A DNA stretch of 64,000 bases, taken from the sequence record PV467748.1; one strand, written 5' to 3'. The position numbers and the translations under genes are program-made. The stretch is from a phage. Position 1 is the first letter of the stretch, and every line of letters starts with the position of its first letter. Below, in pieces: positions 9,249 to 20,600 of this stretch. The notes under the pieces are model-generated. The model searched no databases. It saw only the letters and a program-made list of their open reading frames with translations, and was not told the origin of the DNA.

Positions 9249-9838
9249 TATTTTCTCATAGATGGATGCATAGACATACGAGCCACACGTTGTTCGGCAT
9301 ACGAATCAATTTGTGGACGACCTGTAACTATTGTACCATCTATTTCTACAGCAAACGATTTGAAGTTGAATGTTGCTGTAGCGATTATCGCAGGGTCAGA
9401 ATCTTCTTTATACGAGTACTGGATTTCCGAGAGGTCGGATGGCCATCCACCGTAGTAATGAATGCTCATTACGATTTTCTGTTTGTTGTTATCAAGGATG
9501 TGGAGGGTGATAGCTTCCGGCTGTCCTTTAGGATGCCAGGCTTCTGAATCATGGGTTACATAGTTGTTTAATGACAACATCCACTTATAAACGTCAAGCC
9601 ATGATTTCAATTCTTTGTCCACAAGAAAGTTCACGACCAATGGGTCGAATTCTACAGTAGAACCTGGCAGCTTAGCACGATGTATGCCCTGGGTCGATCC
9701 TGGGACGTCTGAGACCGGAATATGGATACCCGGTAGTGTTACATCTTGTACGTTCAATTTGAATGCCTGCGTCATTCCTGCGTCACTAACCTCTAAGATA
9801 AAGTTAGTAGTGTTAGTTTGGTTAAATAAACCGTTCAT
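9248..9838 (-). CDS. 3: tail completion / sheath stabiliser gp3
   Basis: Synteny 1-3-2-4; ORF track 9248..10003 trimmed to ATG with AGGAA RBS (alternative ATG at 9775 would give 175 aa, closer to T4 size). Confidence 0.6.
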   Translation of the reverse strand: MNGLFNQTNTTNFILEVSDAGMTQAFKLNVQDVTLPGIHIPVSDVPGSTQGIHRAKLPGSTVEFDPLVVNFLVDKELKSWLDVYKWMLSLNNYVTHDSEAWHPKGQPEAITLHILDNNKQKIVMSIHYYGGWPSDLSEIQYSYKEDSDPAIIATATFNFKSFAVEIDGTIVTGRPQIDSYAEQRVARMSMHPSMRK

Positions 9839-9923
9839 AGGGTTCCTATATTGCTTAAGTCCTAGCCAGTGTATAATGGTCCTAGGTCTGTTCCATTCAA
9901 TAACTGGCTGGGATAATAGATTA

Positions 9924-10760
9924 TTATGAGTTCTTCCATACTTTCTGAGCTGAGTAACGCTTACCTTTAGACATAAATTGCTGAAGTGGAAGCATGACCA
10001 CATTAGCCCAATCAGCAGGTTTTATCTCTACTAAAGGTCCCTTAATATTTCCAGGGATATAAGCCTTAATCATCACGTCTGCACCAGCGAATCCTTTTAC
10101 CTTACTCCAATCGATTTTTAATTTAGTCGAGTTAGTAATGGTAGGCGTACTCGCGTATTGCTTCAGCAATTCTTCCAGAAATTGTTGACGTGCTTTAGGT
10201 GGAATATAGTGTAAGTTCAGTCCGTACATTAAATTATGCTTACCTAACCCAAGATAAATGATTAAAGGATATTTGTCCCAGTATGGTAGGGTATCCTTGT
10301 GCTTGGCGTCATAGATATAAGCATAAAGCTTACCAGGAGATGGTTTAGATATCTGGTGTCCACGAATTCCTTTCTTTAATGTTTCTGTAAACCATTTAGC
10401 TGATTTATTGTTTACGGCAGCGCCTTCGTTAGCAATCTTATCACGAATACTCTTTCTAAAACTATTCACCAAAATTAATTGACGTTCGGCTTTGGTTAAT
10501 TTATTGCCAGGTTTCTTCTGAAGTTTTTCAACCTGTACAGCAGTTTTAATTCGACTCGAGTATCGAGACATCGCAGATGTAAAGCTAGAATACTTAATGC
10601 CTTTATCTTCAGCGAATTTCTTAGCCGAAACACCTTTAGCCTTAGCCTTGGCATATTCAACGCCTAAAGTTATCCATTGTTGTTCTGAACGGGTAGGCTT
10701 GGAACCTTTTGTAGTTTCAGTAGCCTCGTTTATGTAAGAAAATATACTCATCCTTTCCAT
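9924..10760 (-). CDS. 2: DNA end-protector protein gp2
   Basis: Synteny and size (278 aa vs 274 in T4); basic protein. Confidence 0.65.
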   Translation of the reverse strand: MERMSIFSYINEATETTKGSKPTRSEQQWITLGVEYAKAKAKGVSAKKFAEDKGIKYSSFTSAMSRYSSRIKTAVQVEKLQKKPGNKLTKAERQLILVNSFRKSIRDKIANEGAAVNNKSAKWFTETLKKGIRGHQISKPSPGKLYAYIYDAKHKDTLPYWDKYPLIIYLGLGKHNLMYGLNLHYIPPKARQQFLEELLKQYASTPTITNSTKLKIDWSKVKGFAGADVMIKAYIPGNIKGPLVEIKPADWANVVMLPLQQFMSKGKRYSAQKVWKNS

Positions 10761-11197
10761 CCTAATTTTTTCAGTGAGTTTTCGGTAATCAATCTGAAAT
10801 TAATTCCCATTTTATCTGCTGTAGCTTTAGCAGCTTTCCATTTATCTTTATTTACACTCCATGTATAATGTTCGTTGATATATCTCTTTTTAGCAGCTGT
10901 AGTCATTTTAGCAGGCGCCGCTGGAGGATGGGTTTCTTTAAAAGGTTTGACTTCGAAAAAGAATTGTTGACCGTTGTCGAACTTCACCCAGAAGTCCATA
11001 AAATACCGACGTTTCTTTCCATCGGCGTTACTAAAATATGGAATCACAACCTCTTCCGAGTTCCACTGGACGACATTAGGATGGTTGTCAAGCCAACGCA
11101 TAAGCCATGCTTCCCAAGAGGAACGATATTGGATTTTCTTCCAATCACCTTTATATTTTTGTAAGTTTGTAGGTTTAAATTTCCCTGAGTAGGCCAT
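10748..11197 (-). CDS. 4: head completion protein gp4
   Basis: Synteny and size (149 aa vs 150 in T4); strong GGAGG RBS. Confidence 0.65.
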   Translation of the reverse strand: MAYSGKFKPTNLQKYKGDWKKIQYRSSWEAWLMRWLDNHPNVVQWNSEEVVIPYFSNADGKKRRYFMDFWVKFDNGQQFFFEVKPFKETHPPAAPAKMTTAAKKRYINEHYTWSVNKDKWKAAKATADKMGINFRLITENSLKKLGWKG

Positions 11198-11209
11198 AGT
11201 GCCTCCTTA

Positions 11210-11217
11210 TAAATATT
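11210..11217 (+). promoter_or_regulatory. T4 late promoter TATAAATA for gene 53
   Basis: Exact TATAAATA about 26 nt upstream of the gene 53 ATG. Confidence 0.6.
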
Positions 11218-11222
11218 AATAT

Positions 11223-11230
11223 TATTTATA
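11223..11230 (-). promoter_or_regulatory. T4 late promoter TATAAATA (minus strand) for gene 4
   Basis: Forward TATTTATA about 26 nt upstream of the gene 4 ATG; divergent with the gene 53 promoter. Confidence 0.55.
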
Positions 11231-11242
11231 CTCGGAGGCACT

Positions 11243-11845
11243 ATGCTCTTCTCATTTTTCGACCCTATAAATTACGAATCAAAAACAGTCAAGGCAGATT
11301 CCGGCTCATTAACAAATGCCGATGTATTGAGCGTACCGATGACTGATATATTTAGAAATTATAAAGAATATTTTGATAGAGTGGCTAAAAATTATACACT
11401 AAAAACTTATTATATCAATGGAGCCCCGCGTCCGGAAGAATTAGCCCATCAACTTTATGGTAACGTGCAATTATATTGGGTTTTATTGATGTGTAATAAT
11501 ATATACGACCCTTATTACGGCTGGATTACAGGCCAAGAAGTTGCATATCAAGCAGCTATTCAACGTTATGCTACTGCAGGCGGAAACCAAGTTCTTTATC
11601 ATGTCAATGAAAAAGGTGAGAAATTCTGGAATCTTGTTAATACCCCAGAAAATCCTTATACTTGGTACGATAAAGGCGATACAGAAAAACGTTATCCTCA
11701 ATATGAAGGTCCTTTGGCCGCAGTAGATATTTACGAGGATGCCATTCGTAAAAATGAATATAAGCGCGAAATAAAGATTATAGACCCTAATGACATCGAG
11801 TCCTTTGTTTCCGCTTTAATTAGAGAAATGGAAAAAGCGCTATGA
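11243..11845 (+). CDS. 53: baseplate wedge protein gp53
   Basis: N-terminus MLFSFFDP and size match T4 gp53 as recalled; synteny. Confidence 0.8.
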   Translation: MLFSFFDPINYESKTVKADSGSLTNADVLSVPMTDIFRNYKEYFDRVAKNYTLKTYYINGAPRPEELAHQLYGNVQLYWVLLMCNNIYDPYYGWITGQEVAYQAAIQRYATAGGNQVLYHVNEKGEKFWNLVNTPENPYTWYDKGDTEKRYPQYEGPLAAVDIYEDAIRKNEYKREIKIIDPNDIESFVSALIREMEKAL

Positions 11846-13629
11846 TTAACATGTCTGATAATGTCAGTTGGTTCGTCGGTGTAGTTGAAGACCGAATGGA
11901 CCCACTCCAACAAGGCCGAGTACGCGTGCGAGTATGGGGTATGCATCCATATGAAAAAGTGCAAGGTCCAGTAAAAGGCCTTCGTACAGAAGATTTACCA
12001 TGGATGTCTGTATTAATGCCTACATCTTCCGCCTCTGTTTCAGGTATTCAAACCGCTATGACTGGTATGGTTCCTGGTACACAGGTTTATGGGCATTTTC
12101 TTGATAAGTGGAAATTAAACGGACTTGTCCTTGGTACATACGGTTCCGCTTCAAGACAGAAGGCTAATCCTAATGAAGGTTTTAGCGATCCAACAGGTCA
12201 ATATCCGCTTTATTTAGGTAACGATGCCGCTGCACTAAACCGAGGTGGTGAAGTTGGATATGATGCCACTTCCAACGTAATACAAGATGCAAACACCGAT
12301 GTAGGTATTAATCCTGATGGTTTAGATTTGAGCCAGGTTAAGCCTGATGATAATCCTAATTTCACAATAGAAAACATGCTTCACCGTGATGAAGGGCTTC
12401 GACTGAAGGTATATTGGGACACCGAAGGATACCCTACTATAGGTATAGGCCACCTTATCGCCCCACAACCTATTAGAGATATGAATCGAATAAACAAAAT
12501 ATTATCTAATCAGGTAGGACGAGAAGTTAAAGGTAACCCTGGTGCAATATCAATGGATGAGGCTTCTAAATTATTCCAAGAAGACCTTAAAAAAGTCCAA
12601 AACGATATAGGTCGGCATAGTGTTGTAGGTCCTGTTTACAATAAAGAAAACCGTTCAAGACAAATGGCTCTTGAAAACATGGCTTTCCAAATGGGATTAG
12701 GTGGATTGGCTAAATTCCGTGGAATGCTTAGTGCAATGCTAATAGGCGATTATAAAAAGGCATTTGAGGAAGCTCGTAATTCAGTATGGTTTAACCAAAC
12801 TAAAGGTCGCGCATCAAGGGTATCAATGATTATCCTTACAGGTAACATGGAATCATATGGTATTATGGCCCCTAAAGAAAGGTCATTTAATGGTCGTTCG
12901 TATAGAATGATTCAAACATTTGCTGCCCCTACAAATTCGGACCCTGCAGACCCGTGGACTCCAGAAGACACAAGGATTCTTTTTAAAGAACCTGATTCTA
13001 GTTATAAAGGCGAATATCCATATGTCCAAACCATGCAAACTGAAGGTGGGCATATCCAAGAATTCGATAATACCCCAGGGCAAGAACGTTATCGATTAAT
13101 CCATCCTACCGGTAGTTATGAAGAAGTTGCTCCTGATGGTCGTAAAACTTCTAAGACGGTAGCCGATGGTTATTATATGACCCAAGGCGATTCAAATACT
13201 TATGTTGGTGGTAATAATAAAGTCAACGTTGGCGGTGATGAAACCTATTATAATATGGCTAACGTTCGCCGTCAGACTGATGGGTCTGAAAGCATTCATA
13301 TTCGAGGTAATGAAACCAAAACTGTAGAAGGTAATGGAACTCTGCTTGTTAAAGGAAATGTTAAAATAGTTATTATGGGTACTGCTGATATAACTGTTGA
13401 ACAAGAAGCATATATTACGGTTGAAAAGGATACAACAGTTAATGTCAACCAGAATGCAGATATAAGCGTTAAACAAAAGGCCACAATCAATGCTCAAAAT
13501 ATGGATGTAAATGTCGAACAAGATTTAAATTTTGCAGCGACGAACATTAATTTAAACGCATCAAATACTGTGCATATGGATGGTGGTTCATTAGCTAAAG
13601 TATCTGGTGGCAACGTACAGGTCGGTTAA
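11842..13629 (+). CDS. 5: baseplate central spike / cell-puncturing device with lysozyme domain gp5
   Basis: OB-fold N-terminus (WFVGVVEDRMDPLQQGRVRVRV), T4-lysozyme-like YWDTEGYPTIGIGHLI, C-terminal beta-helix repeats (VNVNQNADISVKQKATINAQNMDVNVEQ). Confidence 0.9.
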   Translation: MINMSDNVSWFVGVVEDRMDPLQQGRVRVRVWGMHPYEKVQGPVKGLRTEDLPWMSVLMPTSSASVSGIQTAMTGMVPGTQVYGHFLDKWKLNGLVLGTYGSASRQKANPNEGFSDPTGQYPLYLGNDAAALNRGGEVGYDATSNVIQDANTDVGINPDGLDLSQVKPDDNPNFTIENMLHRDEGLRLKVYWDTEGYPTIGIGHLIAPQPIRDMNRINKILSNQVGREVKGNPGAISMDEASKLFQEDLKKVQNDIGRHSVVGPVYNKENRSRQMALENMAFQMGLGGLAKFRGMLSAMLIGDYKKAFEEARNSVWFNQTKGRASRVSMIILTGNMESYGIMAPKERSFNGRSYRMIQTFAAPTNSDPADPWTPEDTRILFKEPDSSYKGEYPYVQTMQTEGGHIQEFDNTPGQERYRLIHPTGSYEEVAPDGRKTSKTVADGYYMTQGDSNTYVGGNNKVNVGGDETYYNMANVRRQTDGSESIHIRGNETKTVEGNGTLLVKGNVKIVIMGTADITVEQEAYITVEKDTTVNVNQNADISVKQKATINAQNMDVNVEQDLNFAATNINLNASNTVHMDGGSLAKVSGGNVQVG

Positions 13630-13630
13630 T

Positions 13631-15694
13631 ATGAATTACTACGATAAAGTTGATGAAGTGGTAGGGACTGTAACAAGTCCCTGTGATGACGCAGTAGGAC
13701 CCGGTGAATATCGCCGGGTTAAATGGGAATTATATAACCCAACAGGTGCTTTTATTCAACCCGGGAATGGCGTTGAATGGGATACCGAGATTATTCCACT
13801 AGCTACACATTTATACACACAAAATCCATTTGGTAATAAGTCCGAAACTTTTCCTGCACCTCCCCCGCCGGAAGATGGAACAAGTCAAGGTATCTGGTGT
13901 GCTAAACTCGGAATATTCTTTATTACGCAATTGGATTTAGAAAATTATGTAGAATCGATTGGTGCAACTCTTTTGCCCGGTAATGATTGGTATGGCGCTG
14001 ATTTATCAAAATCTGTATTGTATAAAACATCTATTGAATATGATATGTATCGCATCGAAAACTGTGGCGGTGTATGGACGTCACAAGGCCCCAGAATGGA
14101 CCCCAGGACGATGATTGCAGTTACGGCTGATTATCATATGTATGTCAACTTTAACGGCCTTGGTGACTCCCGCAGGGCTTATTTGAAGTACTATGAGACA
14201 AAACCTTGTACTTATGTTGGACTGGTATTAAATCTAGATGTTGATATGAGTATCCCAGGAACTCCGATTCCAGGACCGGTATCCATCGGGTCTTTACCAC
14301 CAGAAATAACCGGGCGAGCCAGGGCAATAAGCTGTGTTCCTTTTACAGCGGAATTCCCTTACAACGGATTGACCAATGCGATTATGGCTTCATGGAATAC
14401 ATCTAGGAATTCATTCAAATTATATTGGGATATGCTCCCTGGATGGCCATCATCTGGTGGGACCGATTGGGAAAAATTCTTCGATTCTGGGTATAGTAAG
14501 CTATCGGTCGCAATGGAAGAGCTAGGCAACTCAGCTGTTGCTATGTGTCAATATGTTCAGCAAATGGCTTTTCTTGCATTTAAAGATGCCATATCACAGG
14601 TCTTGAATATTGTTGGTGGTGGGTGGGACTTACTTAAAAGCTTTTTACCCTCGATTACTATTATGGGCATGACTATTGACCTGGAAGACCTCTGCACTTC
14701 AGGTGATGGTGTACAGAAATTAAAAGAAGCATGGAAAAACTTTAATTTAGAAGAAACCATCCAATCGATTTATTCTGCCATTGGGTCGGCATACGATTAT
14801 TCGGTTGAACGCGTCAAGATGTATTCGCGTGACCTTATTGATGCAATTACAGACTTGTATGACTGGGCCTGGTCTCAATTGCTTATGGCTGGTGTTGCAT
14901 TATCAAAACTGTGTGTAGACCTCGCTCAAATATGGAGTATGCCTCCTATAGTTCCGAACCCAGTTTGGAGCGTTATTACTGCGGTCAAGGAAATGATGAA
15001 GCAAGTTAAACCACTGGACATGATAATGAGCGGTAACTTTCCAGGATTCACGGCATCAGATGTTTATCAAGTGGTTATGGAAAAGGTAGACCAGAAAATA
15101 GACGAAGCTTATGCAATGATTGAGGCTCTTAAAACCCAGGCACTCAATCTGTGGAATGAGATTAAGCTCAAAAAGCAAGAAGTACAAAAACAAGCTATTG
15201 AATTTAAACAATATCTTTCAGGAATGTACGAAAAAGTTACAGACGAGCTAACTGCTCAGAAGGAAGCCGCATTAGCACAAGCTGAAGCTGCACTTGAACT
15301 TTTAAAGAATAAATATAAACAGATTAAGAACTCTATTACCGAAAGTCAAACCTCCGTTTCTGATGTATTAGATATGGCTTTAGAAGAATTCAAAAAACTT
15401 CCTATTGTGGCTCAAATGGAAGAACTTCTCGGTATGCTCGGAGCTACTGTAGATGATATCATGGTTATATACGAGAACTCAGTAACTAAAGCAAAATCTT
15501 TATATCACGAATTTACTGATGGTTCCAGGTCAATGAAAGACTTGTGCAAATCAATGTATAACCAAATATCAACATTATCCTTAAGTAAGGTGGTACAATG
15601 GATTAATAAGATGCTGGGAATATTCGGTTTAACGATTGCATTTCCATCCCTTTCCATTTGCATACCTTGTTTAGAATCTCCTACTAGGAATTAA
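13631..15694 (+). CDS. large protein of unknown function between gene 5 and gene 6 (687 aa), C-terminal coiled coil
   Basis: ORF track 13607..15694 trimmed to ATG 1 nt after gp5 stop; ends 1 nt before gp6 ATG; no PAAR-like repeats seen. Confidence 0.7.
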   Translation: MNYYDKVDEVVGTVTSPCDDAVGPGEYRRVKWELYNPTGAFIQPGNGVEWDTEIIPLATHLYTQNPFGNKSETFPAPPPPEDGTSQGIWCAKLGIFFITQLDLENYVESIGATLLPGNDWYGADLSKSVLYKTSIEYDMYRIENCGGVWTSQGPRMDPRTMIAVTADYHMYVNFNGLGDSRRAYLKYYETKPCTYVGLVLNLDVDMSIPGTPIPGPVSIGSLPPEITGRARAISCVPFTAEFPYNGLTNAIMASWNTSRNSFKLYWDMLPGWPSSGGTDWEKFFDSGYSKLSVAMEELGNSAVAMCQYVQQMAFLAFKDAISQVLNIVGGGWDLLKSFLPSITIMGMTIDLEDLCTSGDGVQKLKEAWKNFNLEETIQSIYSAIGSAYDYSVERVKMYSRDLIDAITDLYDWAWSQLLMAGVALSKLCVDLAQIWSMPPIVPNPVWSVITAVKEMMKQVKPLDMIMSGNFPGFTASDVYQVVMEKVDQKIDEAYAMIEALKTQALNLWNEIKLKKQEVQKQAIEFKQYLSGMYEKVTDELTAQKEAALAQAEAALELLKNKYKQIKNSITESQTSVSDVLDMALEEFKKLPIVAQMEELLGMLGATVDDIMVIYENSVTKAKSLYHEFTDGSRSMKDLCKSMYNQISTLSLSKVVQWINKMLGIFGLTIAFPSLSICIPCLESPTRN

Positions 15695-15695
15695 A

Positions 15696-17654
15696 ATGGC
15701 TACTCCTACGAATTACCAATTAACAAGAACCGTTAACGCTATCCCAAAAGTATTTGTGGGAGCTACGTTTGAAGAGATTAAAAAGAATATTATCGATTGG
15801 CTTTCTAGCCAGGACGAATTTAAGGATTACGATTTCGTTGGTTCGCGAATGAATATCCTGATTGACATGTTAGCTTACAACACCCTGTATATGCAGCAGT
15901 TTGCTAATACCGCGGTATATGAATCTTTCATCGGTACTGCTAACTTGCGTTCCTCCGTCGTCCAGGCTGCACAGGATAACGGCTATTTGCCAAGTTCTAA
16001 ATCAGCAGCCAAAACAAGTATCATGTTGACATGTACTCAAGCCCTGAATGAAAAGAATATTCGTATCCCACGTGGTACTAAATTCCTGGCCTATGCCCGT
16101 GATACTTCAGCGGACCCATATGCTTTTGTTACCACGGAAAACGTTATTGCCGTACGTGATGTTAATAACCAATATCTTCCTATCGTATCTTTAGCACAGG
16201 GCCGTATTATTCGTACCGAACTTAAGTATGACCCTAAAACCCCTATTCTTATTCGTGACCCGGATATCGATAGACAAGAAGTTAAACTTTATGTTGATGG
16301 CGCAGAATGGGCTAACTGGACTAATAAATCCATGGTTCATGCTGGTAGTACATCAACAATTTACTATATGCGTGAAACCGTAGATGGTAATACTGAATTC
16401 TTCTTTGGTGAAGGTGTTGCTGAAAAATCAGTTGCAGGTGGGGTATTAGAAGCTAATTATATTGGTGGTTTAAAACCTGTTAAAGATGCCACCATTGTTA
16501 TAGAATACCTTCGTACAGACGGCGAAGTTGCTAATGGGGCAGTGGACTTTAGTTATGCGGATTCTTTGGCATATATTACGGTTGAAAAAATTACAGAAAA
16601 CTACGATGAAAATCCGGATTATGTAGGTGCTGATGGTGGTGGTGACCCTGAAGATATTGAACGTATTCGTGAATTGGCTGTAGTTAAACGTGAAGCCCAG
16701 ATGCGTGCTGTAACTGGTACAGATTATGATACATTCGTTTCAGAGCGATTTGGTTCTATTGTACAAGCAGTACAAACCTTTACAGACCCAAATAAACCGG
16801 GTTACGCCTTTGTTACCATTAAACCTAAATCAGGATTGTATTTGACGGCAGTACAACGTGAAGATATCCAAAATTATCTTTCAGAATTTAACTTGGCACC
16901 TATTACCCCTTCGGTTATTTCTCCTGACTACTTGTTCTTGAAGCATAAAATTAAGGTTTCATATGCACTGAACAAATTACAGGAATCCGAACAATGGCTA
17001 ACGGCCCAAATCCTTTCCCAAATAGACCGTTATTATATTAACGAAGTTGAAATATTCAACCATGGGTTTGCCAAGTCTAAAATGTTGACTTATATTGATA
17101 ATGCAGACCACAGTATCCTTGGCTCTTCGGCTACGGTAACAATGGTTCGCGAAGTATTAAACTTCTTCAAAACACCTGAAGCAGGTATTAAATACTATAA
17201 TCAATACACCAACCGTTCTGTAACTTCTAGTGAATTTGAGTTCGTCCCAACAAACGTATCGGATGTTGTTAAATCTTACAACGTACGTATTGTTGCCACA
17301 GATAAAGACGAACGAGGCGATGGTAAAATGGTTATAGGTCCTTTCCGACCTGGCGATGTAATTGAAAACCAATACATTCAACCTTATACCGGAGATGACT
17401 TTGATAAAATGGCAGCGCCTGCAGACCAATCAGTCTACTATATTATTGGCGAAATTGATTATTACTCAGATTTTATTTTCTGGGATATCGCCGCAATAGG
17501 CCTTACTTCCGACCGTTTTGAAGTCCAGTCTATTGAACTTTATGCAGGGCCAGACCAAGACAACATCTTTACCAAAGACGGTTCTTTAATCGTATTTGAA
17601 GATGACCTTCGTCCTCAGTACACAACTATAGAGTTGGAACCAATTACAATATAA
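15696..17654 (+). CDS. 6: baseplate wedge protein gp6
   Basis: N-terminus NYQLTRTVNAIPKVFVGATFEEIK matches T4 gp6 as recalled; size 652 vs 660 aa. Confidence 0.9.
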   Translation: MATPTNYQLTRTVNAIPKVFVGATFEEIKKNIIDWLSSQDEFKDYDFVGSRMNILIDMLAYNTLYMQQFANTAVYESFIGTANLRSSVVQAAQDNGYLPSSKSAAKTSIMLTCTQALNEKNIRIPRGTKFLAYARDTSADPYAFVTTENVIAVRDVNNQYLPIVSLAQGRIIRTELKYDPKTPILIRDPDIDRQEVKLYVDGAEWANWTNKSMVHAGSTSTIYYMRETVDGNTEFFFGEGVAEKSVAGGVLEANYIGGLKPVKDATIVIEYLRTDGEVANGAVDFSYADSLAYITVEKITENYDENPDYVGADGGGDPEDIERIRELAVVKREAQMRAVTGTDYDTFVSERFGSIVQAVQTFTDPNKPGYAFVTIKPKSGLYLTAVQREDIQNYLSEFNLAPITPSVISPDYLFLKHKIKVSYALNKLQESEQWLTAQILSQIDRYYINEVEIFNHGFAKSKMLTYIDNADHSILGSSATVTMVREVLNFFKTPEAGIKYYNQYTNRSVTSSEFEFVPTNVSDVVKSYNVRIVATDKDERGDGKMVIGPFRPGDVIENQYIQPYTGDDFDKMAAPADQSVYYIIGEIDYYSDFIFWDIAAIGLTSDRFEVQSIELYAGPDQDNIFTKDGSLIVFEDDLRPQYTTIELEPITI

Positions 17655-17681
17655 GCCTCTTCGGAGGTTTAAGGAGATTTA

Positions 17682-20600
17682 ATGTCTGTACAAGCGCCTT
17701 ATGTTACTAGTCTGAGAATTGATAAACTCTCGGCTAACCATGTGAGCATTCTTTGGGATGACGTAGGCGCCAACTTCTATTATTTCGTAGAACTGGCCCA
17801 AACGAAGGATGCGGGTGTAGAAATTCCCGACGATAGATTATTTTGGAGAAATTTAGGTTACACCCCTAATAACGAATGGTTTGAAGAGGCATTCATTTCT
17901 CCTAATTCATTTTATAAAATGCGAGTTGCGGTGGCCGCCCAGGGGTTTGAGCAGTCTGAATGGGTTTACACTGAAGAATTTGAAACTTTCTCTACCAACG
18001 CATATACGTTTGAGCATATGCGTGAATTCACTTTATCTAATAAATTTATTGAAGAAAAATTCACAAAAAATAATCAGAATTATGTGAACTTTAATACTGA
18101 TGCCATTATGGCTTCCTTAATGACGGAAGATTTTAACTTTACGCCGGCGTATTCGCATTTGTCATCTATATCAAATTATGTTTTAAAAGCAGACCGGTTC
18201 CATGAAATCCAAGGAAGCATTCAAGCAGTTTGTAAAGACCCTAAACGTTCTATTTTAATGGAACTTGGTGGTGTACTTTACCTTTTAGAAAGGTTCCAAA
18301 GTACTGCTAAGGTTTCTAATGATAAAGGGCAGAACTGGCATTATATCCGTTTGTTTAATGACCGAGTAGGTAACCCTGTTTCACGTACGGCACATTACCA
18401 AACTGAAACTACTACGTATGTTCTAGGTTATGACCAAATATTTTACGGACGTAAATCAAGTGATATTCGTTGGTCTGCTGATGATGTCCGTTTTAGCTCC
18501 CAAGATATAACATTTGCTAAAATAGGTAGTGATATCGACCTTCCATTTGAAATCGAGATATTTGGGTCATATGCAAAACTTCCTTTGCCTATTTCCACTA
18601 TTGCCGAAGCTATATGCGCTTCTGATGATTTCATTTATGTTGCAGGTAGAGACAGAGTTTATAAAGCAAAAACATCTGAGGCCCCTATAGACACCGACCC
18701 TAGTTCTCCGACTTATGGAGAGAAGATATTTGAAAGCGGATATTCGACTATCACAGGGAACCCTAAAGCTGTTTGTTATAAATTAGATTCTATCCAAGGC
18801 CATACATTTGCTTTAATTACAGGTGAAGTTAAAGAAGAAAAAATGGACCCTACGGTCGAATCCAATGTGGTTGATTCTGAATCCAAAGGTGTTTATTGGT
18901 TAGACACTTCAACTGATACATGGATCCGTGTATTTGGAAACACTGAAGAAGAACGTCGTCGTATAGAGCATGGATATACCAGCATGTCTACTGATGGAGA
19001 GGAATTATTTTTCAGTTCAAGCAACTTTAGATATGAAGTAGAGGTTGATTCTGAGCTTCCTTTGGAATACCCTGAAATTGTCACCTCCGCCGTTAAATAT
19101 GTTAAAGATGAACAATGGATTCACGATAAACATTATTTGATGATGAGTTTTAGGTCTAACTCTAAATCCGATTTCAAAGAATTTAAACCCGGGCGTATGG
19201 CTTATTATGCCGAACCATTCTTTAGTTGGTCTCGACGCGATGGAACCCGTTCATGGATTACCACTGGTGGCCATGCGATGGTTGTTTATAACGATGCTTT
19301 ATACCAGAAAATTATCGACCTGAACAGTGGTTCTTCACCTGAACGTATTGTTCATGAGATTTGGAATAAAGGTTTTTGTAAAGTCACATCTCCTAATATA
19401 GAGTTCAACGGCTTTAAGAAATATTCTTCTGGAATGATGATTCACAAATCTACAGGTGAATTGGTTGGATATTTTGAATTCGACTATCGTGTACGCGATG
19501 AAGTCCGTGTTATTTGGAAGCCTAAAGAAATTATGTTTACGGCTGAATTGCAAAACCAAGAACATGAAATCCCGTGGAAACCTAAAGAGGAAGTTGGTGA
19601 GCAAGACCCGGACCTCCAGCCTTTACTGGTTAAAATGATTCCAGATAGTTATTTGCTTCAAGATAGCAACTTTGAAAAATTCTGTGAATACTATCTCCAA
19701 TTTATTAGTGATGGCTCAGGTACACACTATAATAATTTGTTGAATCTTATTCGTAACCAATACCCACGTGAAGAAGATTCATGGGAATATTTGTGGTCGG
19801 AAATCTATAAGCGTAATATCTATTTGTCGAAAGAAAAACGCGACGAAGTAGTTCGTTTTTTCCAGGCACGCCAAACCGATTTTTGGTCTACAAAAGGTAC
19901 CGAAGCTTCTTATAAGTTCCTGTTTAAATTGCTTTATAACGAAGATGTCGAAATTGATATCGAGTCCAAGAACTCTATCGAATATGATATCATCGTAGAA
20001 TCCGACAATATCAGTGAAGATATCGTAGGCCAAACGATTTATACTCCTACAGGTCGTAGTAATGTTACTTATATAGAACGAAATTACAAAGATGGTAAAC
20101 TGCAATGGCGTTTAACCATTCATAATCTTTTAGGTCGTTTTATAGTCGGACAGGAAATTAAATCTGAACGTACTTCGTTCAAGGGTATGATTGTTCAGGG
20201 CGTACGTGGTAAAGAGCTTTTGAGTAACAATATCGACTATATCAACCGTAACCGTTCTTATTATGTGATGACCATTAAGTCTAATCTCCCTACCTCTCGT
20301 TATCGCAACGATGTTTTGAGATTTGTTCATCCAGTAGGTTTCGGCTTTGTAGGTATAACTTTGCTTTCTATGTTCGTTAACGTAGGTTTAACGCTAAAAC
20401 ATACAGAAACTATTATTAATATCCTTAAGAACTACAAATGGGACTCAGGTTTGCCATCTGAATGGTATGATAGAGTTGCTGTAATAGGTTTTGATGGTAA
20501 TATAGAACGAGACCCTAGAACAGGACTTCCGGTTTATAACGTTGGGCCTAAAGCAGGAGAACCGTTTGATATTCCTGTTGATTATGATGCAGAAAATGAT

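Noticed and set aside
9839-10003. N-terminal extension of the gene 3 ORF (251-aa form)
   Set aside because: It overlaps the 3' end of gene 2 by 80 nt and has no RBS; the internal ATG with an AGGAA RBS was preferred.
13607-13630. N-terminal extension of the 687-aa ORF overlapping the end of gene 5
   Set aside because: An ATG immediately after the gp5 stop gives a non-overlapping start typical of this compact operon; the longer form is probably just an open frame.
13631-15694. PAAR-repeat tip protein (gp5.4) within or beside this ORF
   Set aside because: No PAAR-like repeats or small Cys/His-rich ORF seen between gene 5 and gene 6; absence recorded as an observation, not a call.
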